Shown here: in pieces, positions 1 through 10,163 of the stretch | Layout of the letters: every line of letters starts with the position of its first letter | Numbering within the stretch: the first letter of the stretch is position 1 | NCBI GenBank assembly: GCA_965140445.1 | Contig: OZ223236.1 | Coordinates: forward strand, 1,056,001 to 1,120,000 | Direction: 5' to 3' | Source of the DNA: Candidatus Ozemobacteraceae bacterium | GTDB lineage: Bacteria > Muiribacteriota > Ozemobacteria > Ozemobacterales > Ozemobacteraceae | Length of the DNA stretch: 64,000 nt | The notes under the pieces: model-generated | The model's database searches: none | Told to the model about the DNA's origin: nothing | What the model saw: the letters and a program-made list of their open reading frames with translations, nothing else | Made by a program: the position numbers and the translations under genes

Positions 1-1598
1 AAGAATTCATCGAAGGCGGGATTTTGACTATGGCTGTGAATATGACTTTGCCAAAAGATGGTGTTAGTCAGATTCAAAAAGCTCTTGCAAAGAAATATAA
101 TAATGAAGCTATTCGTGTTGCTCCACTTGAAATGAAAGATGGAACTTTCCACGTATATGCTCCAGATGCAGGTGGAAAACTTGGAACTGCCGCTCAGTAT
201 CCAAAAATGGCCCCTTCATTTCCAAATGCTGAAGTTCCAATCATGATTACTATGGATGGCCTCAATTCTGATGTAATCGCTGCTCTCACTACTGGTGAAG
301 GCGGAATTCCTGTTTTTGTTGAATTTACATATATGGGTGTAACTCCAAAATGTGGTTTCAAAGTAACTGCTAACTATGAAAATGCTTACAAATCTGTAAG
401 TACCGATTCTAAACTTAGAGCTTCATACAACAGTTGGTTCTATTCTGTTTCAACAAAAGTTGATGTAAGCACTATCCGTGAATCTCTTGAAAAATCTTCT
501 TCAATTAAAGTTGAAGCAATTTCAGGTGAAGCTTTTAAAGCTGAAGATATCGACAGATACCTTGATCCAGTTCTCAAAAGCATCATGGACGAAATCGCTG
601 AAGCTCCAGAGCCAACTCCAGAACCACCAGCAAAAGCTTCTGAACCAGGAAACAGAAAAGCTTTCCTGAGCGTTGGTTTCAGCTTTGCAATGAAAGATGT
701 TAAAAAGGTTCGCAAAGGAACTAGAGTTTTTGAAATGAATCGTCAGTCTCAGGTAGAAAGAAAAACCCTCATTGGTGGTGCCATCGGTGTTGGAAATATT
801 CTTGCTAAAGTTAAAGACGAAAAGAAACGCGAAGCATTGCGTAAAAAACTCTATGTTAAAATCGGCGAAGGTAACTGGCAGAAAGCTTTCTTCCTGGTTC
901 CTGATGTAACAGGCGCTGAAGCCGGTGGTGTTATGTCTATTGATCTCGAAGTTGGCGTTGTAGACAAAAAAGGCAAGTTCATTAAAGAAGTTTCAAAAGA
1001 AGCTGTTAAATGGGTTGCTCCAAAAGACGAAGACTTCTCACCTTGGAAAGACAAAAAAGGCAACGAAAGAAACTCTCTTAGCTTTGGTCTTGCTGAAGTA
1101 TACGAAAAGTATGGTGATAAAGCTGCTGAAGAACTTAGCTTTAGCATGGTTAAGAAAATTACCCACAAATGTGGCAAGAAAAAGAGTGTATTCAAAGTTG
1201 CACAGACTTTCCCAATCTTCTCTGGTGACGGCGTTCCAAACACTCCAGAAGATGACGTAATGCCAATTACTTTCTATCCTGATTTGATTGAAAGTTGGGC
1301 TGGCGACGGTGGAATCTTAAGAGCTATTAACATTTCTACTGAATGTAAATCATTCGATGGAAAATCTAACAAGGCTCTCAAGCAGACTGTAACACTTACA
1401 CCAAATACTGAAGATCCTCCAGTAATGCTTGTTCCTACCAAGATTAAAGGTGACAAACCTAATCCTGTAAAAGGTAGCTTCAAGTTCATCCTCAAAAAAG
1501 GTAAAGTTGAAAAGAAATTCAAAGACCTTCTTGATGAATGGGGAACTGACGTAATGTTCATGGATGACGATTTCATGGATACTGAAGAAAAGAAATAG
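1..1598 (+). CDS. Hypothetical protein, 5'-truncated (frame is open to the window edge)
   Basis: Stop-free frame from position 3 (EFIEGGILTMAV...) to TAG at 1596-1598; biased codon usage; followed by a terminator. No motif I can assign with confidence. Confidence 0.85.
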   Translation, partial: EFIEGGILTMAVNMTLPKDGVSQIQKALAKKYNNEAIRVAPLEMKDGTFHVYAPDAGGKLGTAAQYPKMAPSFPNAEVPIMITMDGLNSDVIAALTTGEGGIPVFVEFTYMGVTPKCGFKVTANYENAYKSVSTDSKLRASYNSWFYSVSTKVDVSTIRESLEKSSSIKVEAISGEAFKAEDIDRYLDPVLKSIMDEIAEAPEPTPEPPAKASEPGNRKAFLSVGFSFAMKDVKKVRKGTRVFEMNRQSQVERKTLIGGAIGVGNILAKVKDEKKREALRKKLYVKIGEGNWQKAFFLVPDVTGAEAGGVMSIDLEVGVVDKKGKFIKEVSKEAVKWVAPKDEDFSPWKDKKGNERNSLSFGLAEVYEKYGDKAAEELSFSMVKKITHKCGKKKSVFKVAQTFPIFSGDGVPNTPEDDVMPITFYPDLIESWAGDGGILRAINISTECKSFDGKSNKALKQTVTLTPNTEDPPVMLVPTKIKGDKPNPVKGSFKFILKKGKVEKKFKDLLDEWGTDVMFMDDDFMDTEEKK

Positions 1599-1606
1599 TA
1601 AAACTT

Positions 1607-1643
1607 GCCGGTCGGCCTTTTGGCCGGCCGGCTTTCTTTTTTT
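1607..1643 (+). terminator. Rho-independent terminator
   Basis: GCCGGTCGGCC-TTTT-GGCCGGCCGGC followed by TTTCTTTTTTT, just after the ORF stop. Confidence 0.8.
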
Positions 1644-1665
1644 GTGAGCTGTTAGGGAGATTATT

Positions 1666-2349
1666 TTGAATAGGAAATTATTTTTTTACTGTTTTCTGTT
1701 TGGTATTTTCCTGATTTGCGTCAGCTCACCTCTTTGGTCCATTTCCAGCCAATTTGCTGTTTTTGATCCTATTGGAAATTTTTCCTCTATAGCAGCTGGC
1801 TTTTATTTGCCGGAGCGGGGCTCGCTATTGTACGTGCCAGCAAAGCCTGTTTTTGGAAATAATCTAAATAGCCCTTCAGGTTTTTTATCCTGTCTTAAAA
1901 TTAAAAATGTTTTGATTGTTAACGGTGTTGTTTCTTTGATTGCATCTGAAACAGAAATTTTGGAACTAGGCAATCGCTTTGAAAAGAAAACCGGGAAAAA
2001 AGTTAATTTAAGTGCATCAATTCCTGCTGAATTTTCGATGCAGGTGGAAGTAAATGACCGGGTTGTTTTTGTGAAAAAGCGCTCTGGAGGATCTCTAAGA
2101 AGATTTCCTATTCAATTTCAAACAAGAGATTTGAAACCAGAAGAGCTAAGAATTAAAATAGTTTGGGAAATTTTTCCCGAAAAATACTTATGGGGAAAAA
2201 TTATAGTTGGGGGATACGGACTTTCTTCTGGATTACCAATTACGAGAAAAACCGACTCAGGGAAAATAACAATCCATGAAGATAGAATAACTTTGGAAAA
2301 TATTTTTGTTGCTCCTTTTAAAGAAGTTACTGAATTTAAAAGAAACTAG
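1666..2349 (+). CDS. Hypothetical exported protein (227 aa)
   Basis: TTG start after AGGGAG; hydrophobic N-terminal signal-like stretch; ends 11 nt before the next CDS. Confidence 0.7.
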   Translation: MNRKLFFYCFLFGIFLICVSSPLWSISSQFAVFDPIGNFSSIAAGFYLPERGSLLYVPAKPVFGNNLNSPSGFLSCLKIKNVLIVNGVVSLIASETEILELGNRFEKKTGKKVNLSASIPAEFSMQVEVNDRVVFVKKRSGGSLRRFPIQFQTRDLKPEELRIKIVWEIFPEKYLWGKIIVGGYGLSSGLPITRKTDSGKITIHEDRITLENIFVAPFKEVTEFKRN

Positions 2350-2360
2350 TGGTGAAGTAA

Positions 2361-5300
2361 ATGCTTAAAATTTTGAAAAGGCTTTCGTCTGTTTTTTTGA
2401 TCGCAAACCTGATAGCTTTTGTTTACGGGTGTGGCGGTGGCGGAGGTGGCGGCGGAAGTGCTTTTTCACCTGGTTTTGTTCCTGAAACAGTTGTTTCTGG
2501 GAAAGTAACTCTTCCTGCATCACTTTCAGCAGATATCAGAGCTCAGGTTGGTTCATCAGAAGTTGGTGTGGTAGGGGCTTCTGTATTTCTTGTTTCAAGA
2601 CCAGAAATAGTTGTAAAAACTGATCAAGATGGTTCCTTCAGACTTGTAGTGCCAAATTTTAATGGTGAGACTTATAGAATCGTCAGCCATTTTGCTTTAC
2701 AAAATACTGAATTAATAACTATTTCAGCAGCTATTAGAGCGAATCAAGTGTCGACTCCATTCCAGCTTCAGCTTGAAGAAGGGGTCAACAAAGTTTCCGG
2801 GCGCGTTACAGATTCAGTTGGGAAAGTTGTTCCTAACGCAATGTTAGAGTTGTGGGGGCTGAGATTTTATAGTGGAGTTGATGGAACCTTTACTTCTCCA
2901 GCTTTGCCAGCAAGGGTAAAAAATGCTGTTTTGTCTGCTTCAGCTGCCGGTTATTCAGCAGATTCCTTTAATGTTTTGTTTGGCAGCTATGATGTTGCGC
3001 CTCGCATGGATATTGCTTTAAGAAAAGTTGATGAGCCAAATGTTGCTCCTATGATTCAGCTTTCATCCGCCGACGCAAAAGTCAGTCCGGGCCAGGAAAT
3101 CCCAATTGAAGCTTATTTGCAGGATACTGATGAAGGTGATTTAAGTTTCTTTAAGCCGGTTTGGTCTGCTACTGGTGGTGATTTTGCCGGAAATTCGGCT
3201 CAAAATAGTGGGACCATAACTTTTGAAGGCGGATCGCGAGACATTCTTTCAGCGATTGATCTTGCAGCAGTTGGAGACCTGGTTAAGCCCGTTCAAATCT
3301 TTAAAAATGCAGTCACATGGAAGGCCCCTCAAGAGATAGGCCTTGCTACGGTTTCTGTTTCAGTTAGAGATTCCAGAGGCGCTTTCACATCAGCAGCACT
3401 GATTTTTGCGGTTGGTGGAAGCACACAAAGCTTTATTCGTGTAGCAAGCATGACTCCTGTGCAGGCTCCAGTTAATTCTGAGGTGCAAATTTCGGGTTCT
3501 GGTTTTGGGCCTGTGCAATCTGATGGCTATGTTAGTTTTAATGGTAAAAAAGGAAATGTTCTGGCCTGGTCAGATTCTCTAATCAGAGTTTCGGTTCCAA
3601 ATCAGGCTGAGAGTGGGCTTGTTCTAGTCTATTCAGCAGGGCAGGAAAAATCGGCAGGATATTTTACTGTTTTGCCTTCAACGGTGAGTTTTTCTCCATC
3701 TTATGGGCCTGTAGGGGCAGTCGTAACAATTACTGGCACAGACTTCGGTTTGACTCAATCTGAAAATAAGGTTTTTATAAATAATCTTGAAGCGGAAATT
3801 GTTTCCTGGGCTGACACATCAATTGTTACTAAAATTCCTGCAGGGGCTATTTCTGGGGCGGTTATTCTGCAGATTGGTAAAAATGTTAGAAACTTGGGAA
3901 ATCTGGCAGTCTCCAAAGCTTATAATCTAAATTCCTATTATTCATCTAAAAATGGCGTTTTGTCGGTTTATGGTGAGGGGTTTGGGGCAAGCATTGGCAA
4001 TAGCACGATTAAGTTTTCAAACTCAGTTGCGGCAAGTGTTTTAAGCTGGTCAGACACGCATTTACAGTTTGTTGTTCCTGCTGGAGCTGTAACTGGAACA
4101 ATAACAGCAAATATTGGAACAGTGGATCTGCCCCTGGGTCTTTGCAATATTCTATCTATTGAATCCGTTTCTACAGACAGAGGCACTATTGGTCAGCCTG
4201 TGACAATTACAGGAACGGGATTTGGAGCAAGTCAGGGTGATAGCAAGGTTTTGTTTAATGGTTTGGAAGCAACAGCTTCAAGCTGGCAGGAAAATCAGAT
4301 TGTTGCTTTGATTCCGGCTTCCGGCACTCCGGGAGCTCTTGAAATTCAGGTTAATGATCATAAATCGAATCCAATTTCTTTTACTATTTCTGCTATTCAC
4401 TCAATTTCTTACAGCTATGGTCCTGCTGGAACAAACGTAACCATTGATGGATGTGGTTTCGGGACATCGCTTGGTAGCATTTCTTTTGGTGGTGAAGCTG
4501 CAACAAATTATCCTATTTGGGGAGAAAACAAAGTGGTGGCAACTGTTCCGGATACTGCCACTGGCTCAATTGATATTGCAGCTGAAGTTGCCGGGGTAAT
4601 TTCCAATACCAAACCATTTAGAGTTTCATGGATTGCTTCATTTTCTCCCGATGCAGGATGGATTGGCCGTGAGCTGTATTTTGAAGGCGTAAATTTCGGG
4701 AATGATGTCGGCGCAAGCGAGGTGCTTTTCAATAATGTGAAGGCCGATGTTATTAGCTGGTCTGACACTTTTGTTAAGGTTCGGGTTCCAGTTGGAGCGA
4801 CTACCGGAGAATTACACGTAAAAATAAATGACGGAATTATCAATCTTGAAGAATTTGAAGTTGCTGAAGTGCAGGATTATTCGCTGGTAGCTGCCTGGAG
4901 TGGTGAATGTATTGATTCTATTCCCGCTATTTCCCATGCTGTTATTGCACCTGATGGCTCTTATCTCGTTTCAGACTTTGAAAATCATTGGATATGGCGA
5001 TACGATTCAAACCGGAATTATGTTGGCCGAATCGGGAGATATGGAACTGGAGATGGGCAATTTATACGTCCATGGGGAATTGCGTTCGATTCAAGTCAGA
5101 ATATATATATATCTGATTCTGATAATCATCGCATTCAAAAATTCTCATTTGATGGGACTTTCCTCGGCTGGTTAGGCTATGGTGCTGATGGAAGTCATGG
5201 TTGGCACAATCCGGGGTCAGGGATCGCTTCGACAAATGGTACGGCTAATGGCGAATTCAAGTATCCTCTGGGAATAGCAATTGGACCCAATGGAAATCTG

Positions 5301-6758
5301 TTTATATGCGACACGTTGAATAATAGAATCCAGGAAATCAATCCAGCGGGAACCCATATTCGAAATTTTGAAAAAGCTCCTGGTGCACCTGTTACCTCTG
5401 CTTCAGATCTCAAAGAGCCATACGGAGTTTTTGTTGATCCTTCCGGAAATGTCTGGATTGCTGATACTGGCTATAACCGAATTCAGGTTTTTGATTCAAC
5501 TGCGAATGTTATTGCCTGGTATGGATTGAGCCAAAATTCGGCTGAGGGATTGGTTCATACCGCTGCTTCAGGTCACCTTGCTGTAAATAATGCCGGCTCT
5601 GGAGATGGCGAATTTGATGCTCCAAGAGCTGTTTTGATAGATAAAGATTCAAAGCTGGTTGTGGCAGATTCCGGAAACGGAAGAATTCAGGTATTTAGCA
5701 ATGCTGGTGCTTTTGAATCATCTATTGGGCAGCCTGGTGGCGGTAGAGGGCAATTTGATGGATTGTCCAGCGTGGTTCAGTTTAGCAATGGTGACTTGCT
5801 GGTCAGCGACCAGGAGAATTACAGAATTCAGTCTGTCAGCATGGCTGATGAATTTAAATGGGCTTTAAGCCCCGACACCGGTGGCTTAAATGCCTATCCC
5901 ACCGGAATCGCTGCTGATTCAAAACTGGGTCGTATTTATCTTGTCGATATGGATAACCGTATGATCAGTCAGTTTGATCTGAACGGAAACTTTCAGAAAT
6001 TTATAGGATCAGAAGGGGCTGGAAAGGGGCAATTTTATGCTCCGACAGATGTTGCGGTTGATTCCAGTGGGAATATATATGTAGCTGATTCCGGGAATGC
6101 AAGGATTCAAAAATTTGATTCAGATGGAAGATATCTACTCGAATGGGGAAGCTACGGCACCGGAGATGGGCAATTTAAGGGATTAAAGAAGATTGCAATA
6201 AATAGAACCACTGGTGAAGTCTGGGCGGTTGATTCAACTTTAGATAGAATCCAAAAGTTTACTGGTTCTGGACAGTTTTTACTTAAATCAGGATCTACAG
6301 GTGCTGGTGATGGCCAGTTTAGTGCGCCTTCCGGCATTGCTGTAAGTGATGATGGTTATGTTTATGTCGCTGATACATTTAATTCCAGGGTTCAAAAATT
6401 AGATAGCTTTGCTACTTTCCAAGGCTGGTGGGGCTATGATGACTTTGGCTTTAATGGCTGGCATCCGCCGGGAACTGGTAGAACGCCTCAGGTAGATGAT
6501 GCTCCGGGAAGATTTGATTCACCTGAAGATGTTTCTGTTGATTCTGATGGAAACGTTTATGTTATGGATTATGGGAACTATAACATTCAAAAGTTCAAAG
6601 CAAATCAGGGCGAAGAGCCTGTTCAAACCATAAATGCCAATTACCTTGGCACAATAGATGCAAATGACAATTTTCTTGCCATCGAAGTAGACGCGGGTGG
6701 GCGAGTTTACGCCACTACTGAAGGAAAAGAGATAGAAGTATATGATCCTGATCCTTAA
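2361..6758 (+). CDS. Large surface lipoprotein: carboxypeptidase-regulatory-like domains, about 6 IPT/TIG repeats and C-terminal NHL repeats
   Basis: Lipobox-like FVYGC followed by a poly-Gly linker; repeated 'VTITGTGFG...VLFNG...SWSDT.I...VP.GA.TG' (IPT/TIG); repeated 'GQF..P.GIAVD.SGNIYVAD.GN.RIQKF' (NHL). Confidence 0.9.
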   Translation: MLKILKRLSSVFLIANLIAFVYGCGGGGGGGGSAFSPGFVPETVVSGKVTLPASLSADIRAQVGSSEVGVVGASVFLVSRPEIVVKTDQDGSFRLVVPNFNGETYRIVSHFALQNTELITISAAIRANQVSTPFQLQLEEGVNKVSGRVTDSVGKVVPNAMLELWGLRFYSGVDGTFTSPALPARVKNAVLSASAAGYSADSFNVLFGSYDVAPRMDIALRKVDEPNVAPMIQLSSADAKVSPGQEIPIEAYLQDTDEGDLSFFKPVWSATGGDFAGNSAQNSGTITFEGGSRDILSAIDLAAVGDLVKPVQIFKNAVTWKAPQEIGLATVSVSVRDSRGAFTSAALIFAVGGSTQSFIRVASMTPVQAPVNSEVQISGSGFGPVQSDGYVSFNGKKGNVLAWSDSLIRVSVPNQAESGLVLVYSAGQEKSAGYFTVLPSTVSFSPSYGPVGAVVTITGTDFGLTQSENKVFINNLEAEIVSWADTSIVTKIPAGAISGAVILQIGKNVRNLGNLAVSKAYNLNSYYSSKNGVLSVYGEGFGASIGNSTIKFSNSVAASVLSWSDTHLQFVVPAGAVTGTITANIGTVDLPLGLCNILSIESVSTDRGTIGQPVTITGTGFGASQGDSKVLFNGLEATASSWQENQIVALIPASGTPGALEIQVNDHKSNPISFTISAIHSISYSYGPAGTNVTIDGCGFGTSLGSISFGGEAATNYPIWGENKVVATVPDTATGSIDIAAEVAGVISNTKPFRVSWIASFSPDAGWIGRELYFEGVNFGNDVGASEVLFNNVKADVISWSDTFVKVRVPVGATTGELHVKINDGIINLEEFEVAEVQDYSLVAAWSGECIDSIPAISHAVIAPDGSYLVSDFENHWIWRYDSNRNYVGRIGRYGTGDGQFIRPWGIAFDSSQNIYISDSDNHRIQKFSFDGTFLGWLGYGADGSHGWHNPGSGIASTNGTANGEFKYPLGIAIGPNGNLFICDTLNNRIQEINPAGTHIRNFEKAPGAPVTSASDLKEPYGVFVDPSGNVWIADTGYNRIQVFDSTANVIAWYGLSQNSAEGLVHTAASGHLAVNNAGSGDGEFDAPRAVLIDKDSKLVVADSGNGRIQVFSNAGAFESSIGQPGGGRGQFDGLSSVVQFSNGDLLVSDQENYRIQSVSMADEFKWALSPDTGGLNAYPTGIAADSKLGRIYLVDMDNRMISQFDLNGNFQKFIGSEGAGKGQFYAPTDVAVDSSGNIYVADSGNARIQKFDSDGRYLLEWGSYGTGDGQFKGLKKIAINRTTGEVWAVDSTLDRIQKFTGSGQFLLKSGSTGAGDGQFSAPSGIAVSDDGYVYVADTFNSRVQKLDSFATFQGWWGYDDFGFNGWHPPGTGRTPQVDDAPGRFDSPEDVSVDSDGNVYVMDYGNYNIQKFKANQGEEPVQTINANYLGTIDANDNFLAIEVDAGGRVYATTEGKEIEVYDPDP

Positions 6759-6779
6759 TAATTTGGCGTAGGTTTTACA

Positions 6780-6818
6780 AAAAAAGCTCAGATTTGTAAA
6801 AAAAATCTGAGCTTTTTT
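6780..6818 (+). terminator. Rho-independent terminator (bidirectional type)
   Basis: AAAAAAGCTCAGATTT...AAATCTGAGCTTTTTT inverted repeat. Confidence 0.8.
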
Positions 6819-6980
6819 ATTTCAGAAATTCAGGTGATTGGTTGAAAAGCTTTTGCAGTCATGTTTTGTGGCTAGTTAAACAAATTGTAAATGTTAGAAA
6901 ATAATGAAAATAAGACATTTTACATATAAATTGAAAGAAAAATAGGGGTTAATTAGATTTAATCAAGCCAAATCGACCAA

Positions 6981-7016
6981 AATCAAGCAAATGTTTTCAG
7001 GTTCTAATGTCGATAA
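6981..7016 (+). promoter_or_regulatory. Putative sigma28 (FliA)-like promoter for flagellin 1
   Basis: GTCGATAA (7009-7016) resembles the sigma28 -10 GCCGATAA; no canonical TAAA -35, but the upstream box AATCAAGCAAA is shared with two other candidate promoters. Confidence 0.5.
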
Positions 7017-7157
7017 TCCTAGTAGATAAGGAAAAATAGGCCTATTTTTCATAAAGCCATAAATATAGGAGGCGATTCACCTATTATAACAAATCCAAAA
7101 AAACAAACAAATCTACCTACAACTTAATCTTTAGGGTCTGAAACATAAGGAGATCCA

Positions 7158-7200
7158 GGCGCAAGGATGCGCCGGATATCGACGACAATCAAGGAGGATT
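7158..7200 (+). promoter_or_regulatory. Twin GGA-loop hairpin leader (CsrA-type sites), flagellin 1
   Basis: GGCGC-AAGGAT-GCGCC and AATC-AAGGAG-GATT; the second overlaps the SD. Confidence 0.75.
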
Positions 7201-7203
7201 ATC

Positions 7204-9390
7204 ATGTCGATGCGAATAAATCAGAACGTACTTTCCCTTTCAACCTACAGTAACCTTACTCAAACCAGCTCAAGACTTGAAAAATCAGTAGAAAAACTGA
7301 GTTCAGGACTACGCATTAACCGTGCCGCCGACGACGCAGCTGGCCTCGCAATTAGCGAAAAAATGCGCCGACAGATTAGAGGCTTGAATCGTGCCACTAT
7401 GAATGCCCAGGACGGGATTTCCATGATCCAGACGGCAGAAGGGGCACTTAACGAATCACACAGTATTCTCCAGAGAATGAGAGAACTTGCTGTTCAGGCC
7501 TCGAATGACACTCTTACCAGTAATGACAGACTGGAAATCCAGAAAGAAGTAAATCAACTCAGAGATGAGATTGATCGCATTTCCAATTCCACAGAATTCA
7601 ATACCAAAAAACTTCTGGATGGTAGTCAGTCCTCTCTTATCAGCTCCAGTTCTAAAGCTGTCTTTGGAGTGGTAACTGGTGGCACAAATGGTGGTGGTGA
7701 TTATCAGGTTAGTATCGGGTTGCTTAAGGGTGGTATCTCAGAAATGCAGAGAAGTCAGATACTTACCAAACAGGGATCATCAGAACTGGCAGAAGGTGGG
7801 ACTCAACTTCAAAGTGTAGCTCAGTTTTATGATGACAATGGAGTGTTTGTATTGGACTCTCCGCAAGCCATGACAATCACTGGTAACAGTGGTTCGCATA
7901 CCTTTACTTTAGACGGTCAGATGACTCTTGACGAACTGGCAGCAGAAATACAGCAGGCGATGGCTAGTGATGGCGGCCTTGGAATTGATAATTCCAGAGC
8001 TGGGGTAGTTGGCACAGCTGCTACTGGTGTTTCTGGCATGGGTGGTTATCTTGAAATAACCTCTGGTGCTGCTGGTGAAAATGGTGAATTCACGATTGCC
8101 GGGCCTCAATCTGTAGTTGATGCTCTTGGTTTGTCAACTGTGCGTGAAGCCGAAGATAGTCTGGTTCAATTGACCCTTACTGATGGTTACGGAAATGTTA
8201 GAAATACCAGAACAAGCAGCGATAGAGCATATGGATTGCTTGAAGGAATTGACATTCAATTCAGCTCTCAGGCAGCTCAGATTGCTGGTGTTGGAGGTCT
8301 TGAAACAGGACTTCGCGTCACCGCTGATGAATCATTTGTTATCTCTGCGGCTGGTCAAACCATTACAGTAACAATCTCTGCTGGTAACTACAGCATGGAA
8401 GGGCTTGCTCGTTCAATTGATGCCCAGACAACTACTATTTCCGGTATGGATACATCTGTCGTAGATGGGGAGTTAAGGCTCTCGTTTAATCCTACGGCTG
8501 CATCCATTGCCTCTACAATAAATATCAGCGGAGCTGCTGCTGACACTATTGGTGTTCAAAACGGCAACTATAGTGGTTTCTATCAGGGCGATAAAGAAGA
8601 TGCCAACACTATTCAGGGATTTAGCGCTTACAGAAATGCTGCTGCGGTGGCAATTACTATGAGCGTGGGCGATGGGGTTGATGTTTTTGATGTAAACGCC
8701 TTTTCAACAATATCTGTAGCCACTTCTGGAGACTTCATTGAGATGACTGCTTTCCAGGCTACTGTTAATCAGCAGCTTGCAGCTAACAACGTTGATGTAA
8801 GGCTTGATGCTATTAATGGCTCTCTAGCTTTCTCAGCTCTCAGAGTTGGTCAGGAGAATCAGAATGGTGCAAGTCCAATATTAAGTGAAGTTTCGCTTAA
8901 TGTTTCTGACGCTGCAGCGGCTACTAAGTTTGGATTGAATAATGGAACGGTTCGAGGAAGTGGAGACGCCAATTTCAGATTGCATATAGTCGATAATAAG
9001 CCTTCCTTCCAGATTGGCGCTGACCAGGGGCAGACCATGAGAGTGTCCATGAAGGATATGTCTTCTCGCGCTCTGGATGTGGACAATCTTGATCTGACTA
9101 CTGTTGAAGGTGCTCAAAAGGCCATGGGAAAACTCAATAAGGCGATCGACTCAGTTTCTGCTGAAAGATCCAAATTGGGTGCTTACCAGAACCGACTCGA
9201 ATACACCATCAATAATCTCAGAAATACTTCAAGCAACCTTACTGCAGCAGAATCCAGAATTAGAGATGCGGATATCGCAATGGAAATGATCGAGTTCACT
9301 AGAAATCAGATCGTTTCTCAGTCAGGAACAGCGATGCTGGCCCAGGCAAATGCTATTCCTCAGAGTGTTCTAAGTCTTCTTGGGAACTAA
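7204..9390 (+). CDS. fliC: Flagellin 1 (728 aa)
   Basis: N-terminal 'MRINQN...[24 protein letters not shown]...QTAEGAL...[10 protein letters not shown]' and C-terminal '[12 protein letters not shown]...[13 protein letters not shown]' flagellin D0/D1 motifs. Confidence 0.97.
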   Translation: MSMRINQNVLSLSTYSNLTQTSSRLEKSVEKLSSGLRINRAADDAAGLAISEKMRRQIRGLNRATMNAQDGISMIQTAEGALNESHSILQRMRELAVQASNDTLTSNDRLEIQKEVNQLRDEIDRISNSTEFNTKKLLDGSQSSLISSSSKAVFGVVTGGTNGGGDYQVSIGLLKGGISEMQRSQILTKQGSSELAEGGTQLQSVAQFYDDNGVFVLDSPQAMTITGNSGSHTFTLDGQMTLDELAAEIQQAMASDGGLGIDNSRAGVVGTAATGVSGMGGYLEITSGAAGENGEFTIAGPQSVVDALGLSTVREAEDSLVQLTLTDGYGNVRNTRTSSDRAYGLLEGIDIQFSSQAAQIAGVGGLETGLRVTADESFVISAAGQTITVTISAGNYSMEGLARSIDAQTTTISGMDTSVVDGELRLSFNPTAASIASTINISGAAADTIGVQNGNYSGFYQGDKEDANTIQGFSAYRNAAAVAITMSVGDGVDVFDVNAFSTISVATSGDFIEMTAFQATVNQQLAANNVDVRLDAINGSLAFSALRVGQENQNGASPILSEVSLNVSDAAAATKFGLNNGTVRGSGDANFRLHIVDNKPSFQIGADQGQTMRVSMKDMSSRALDVDNLDLTTVEGAQKAMGKLNKAIDSVSAERSKLGAYQNRLEYTINNLRNTSSNLTAAESRIRDADIAMEMIEFTRNQIVSQSGTAMLAQANAIPQSVLSLLGN

Positions 9391-9410
9391 GTAATTAGCT
9401 TATAGCTCTT

Positions 9411-9468
9411 ATTTTCAGAGGTTTCGACGGTAGGCTTTTGGGCCTGCCTGTCGAAGCTCTCTGGAAAT
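9411..9468 (+). other. Long hairpin 3' of flagellin 1 (stabiliser or weak terminator; no U-tract)
   Basis: TTTTCAGAG-GTTTCGAC-GGTAGGC...GCCTGCC-T-GTCGAAGC-T-CTCTGGAAA. Confidence 0.6.
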
Positions 9469-9621
9469 CACTAAGCTGATAATTTGACTGTAAATTGTCG
9501 AAAAAAGTAGTAATTAGTAGTAATCAAGTTCTTTTGAATAGATAAAACCGTTTAAATGTCGAAATTCCAAAACAATCACTGAATAAGTCATAACCGTGGA
9601 GGAAACAAAACAGGCACTCCT

Positions 9622-9948
9622 GCCGATAAAAAACAGGGTTATATGTAAGCAAAGCTTACCAGCACATAAGGATGTGTGTTGAACCATGATTCATGGAGGA
9701 ATCAGACAGTGACTATTATTTTGGTGAGCCGTTTTCTGCACAAAAAATGCAGAGCTTTCGCCATGGATTTCTGGCGCGACATTTCTATGTTTGCCAGGAT
9801 ATTGTTCGCTGCACTGATTTTTCCAGACTGCTTACATTTTCACAAAAGCAAAAACTCTCCAATACTAAATCAAATTAGAGCAAATTCTGCGTTCGGCAAA
9901 AGCCGGAATCCAGAACTCTTTATTGATAGGGTTGGGGAGTTTTTTGTT
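9622..9948 (+). ncRNA. Candidate sigma28-driven structured RNA with GGA hairpins (orphan flagellin-type leader)
   Basis: Perfect GCCGATAA at 9622-9629; CAGCACAT-AAGGAT-GTGTGTTG; TGATTC-ATGGAG-GAATCA with no flagellin behind it; CGCCA-TGGATTTC-TGGCG; a roughly 100-nt hairpin at 9847-9948 ending in a U-run. Confidence 0.45.
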
Positions 9949-10116
9949 ATGCAGAATTCAATTGAAAACAGCAAAAAAACTTGCAGTGATTTAATTAATT
10001 CTAAAATTGCTTTTGTGGCTAAAACAGCTTCAGATAACACTTTTATCGGGTGGTGAAAAAAATAATTTAAAAAGTGCTTGCAAAGTATTGGATTTCGAAC
10101 ATTATATCTTTCTAAA

Positions 10117-10158
10117 GCGCAAGGAAGCGCAATTTTCAAAAAGATTCACGGAGGAATC
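10117..10158 (+). promoter_or_regulatory. Twin GGA-loop hairpin leader, flagellin 2
   Basis: GCGC-AAGGAA-GCGC and GATTC-ACGGAG-GAATC. Confidence 0.75.
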
Positions 10159-10163
10159 AAAAA

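Noticed and set aside
10078..10108. Sigma70-like promoter (TTGCAA...TTATAT) before flagellin 2
   Set aside because: Plausible, but the -10 and spacing are ambiguous in this AT-rich context, so it is not listed as a feature.
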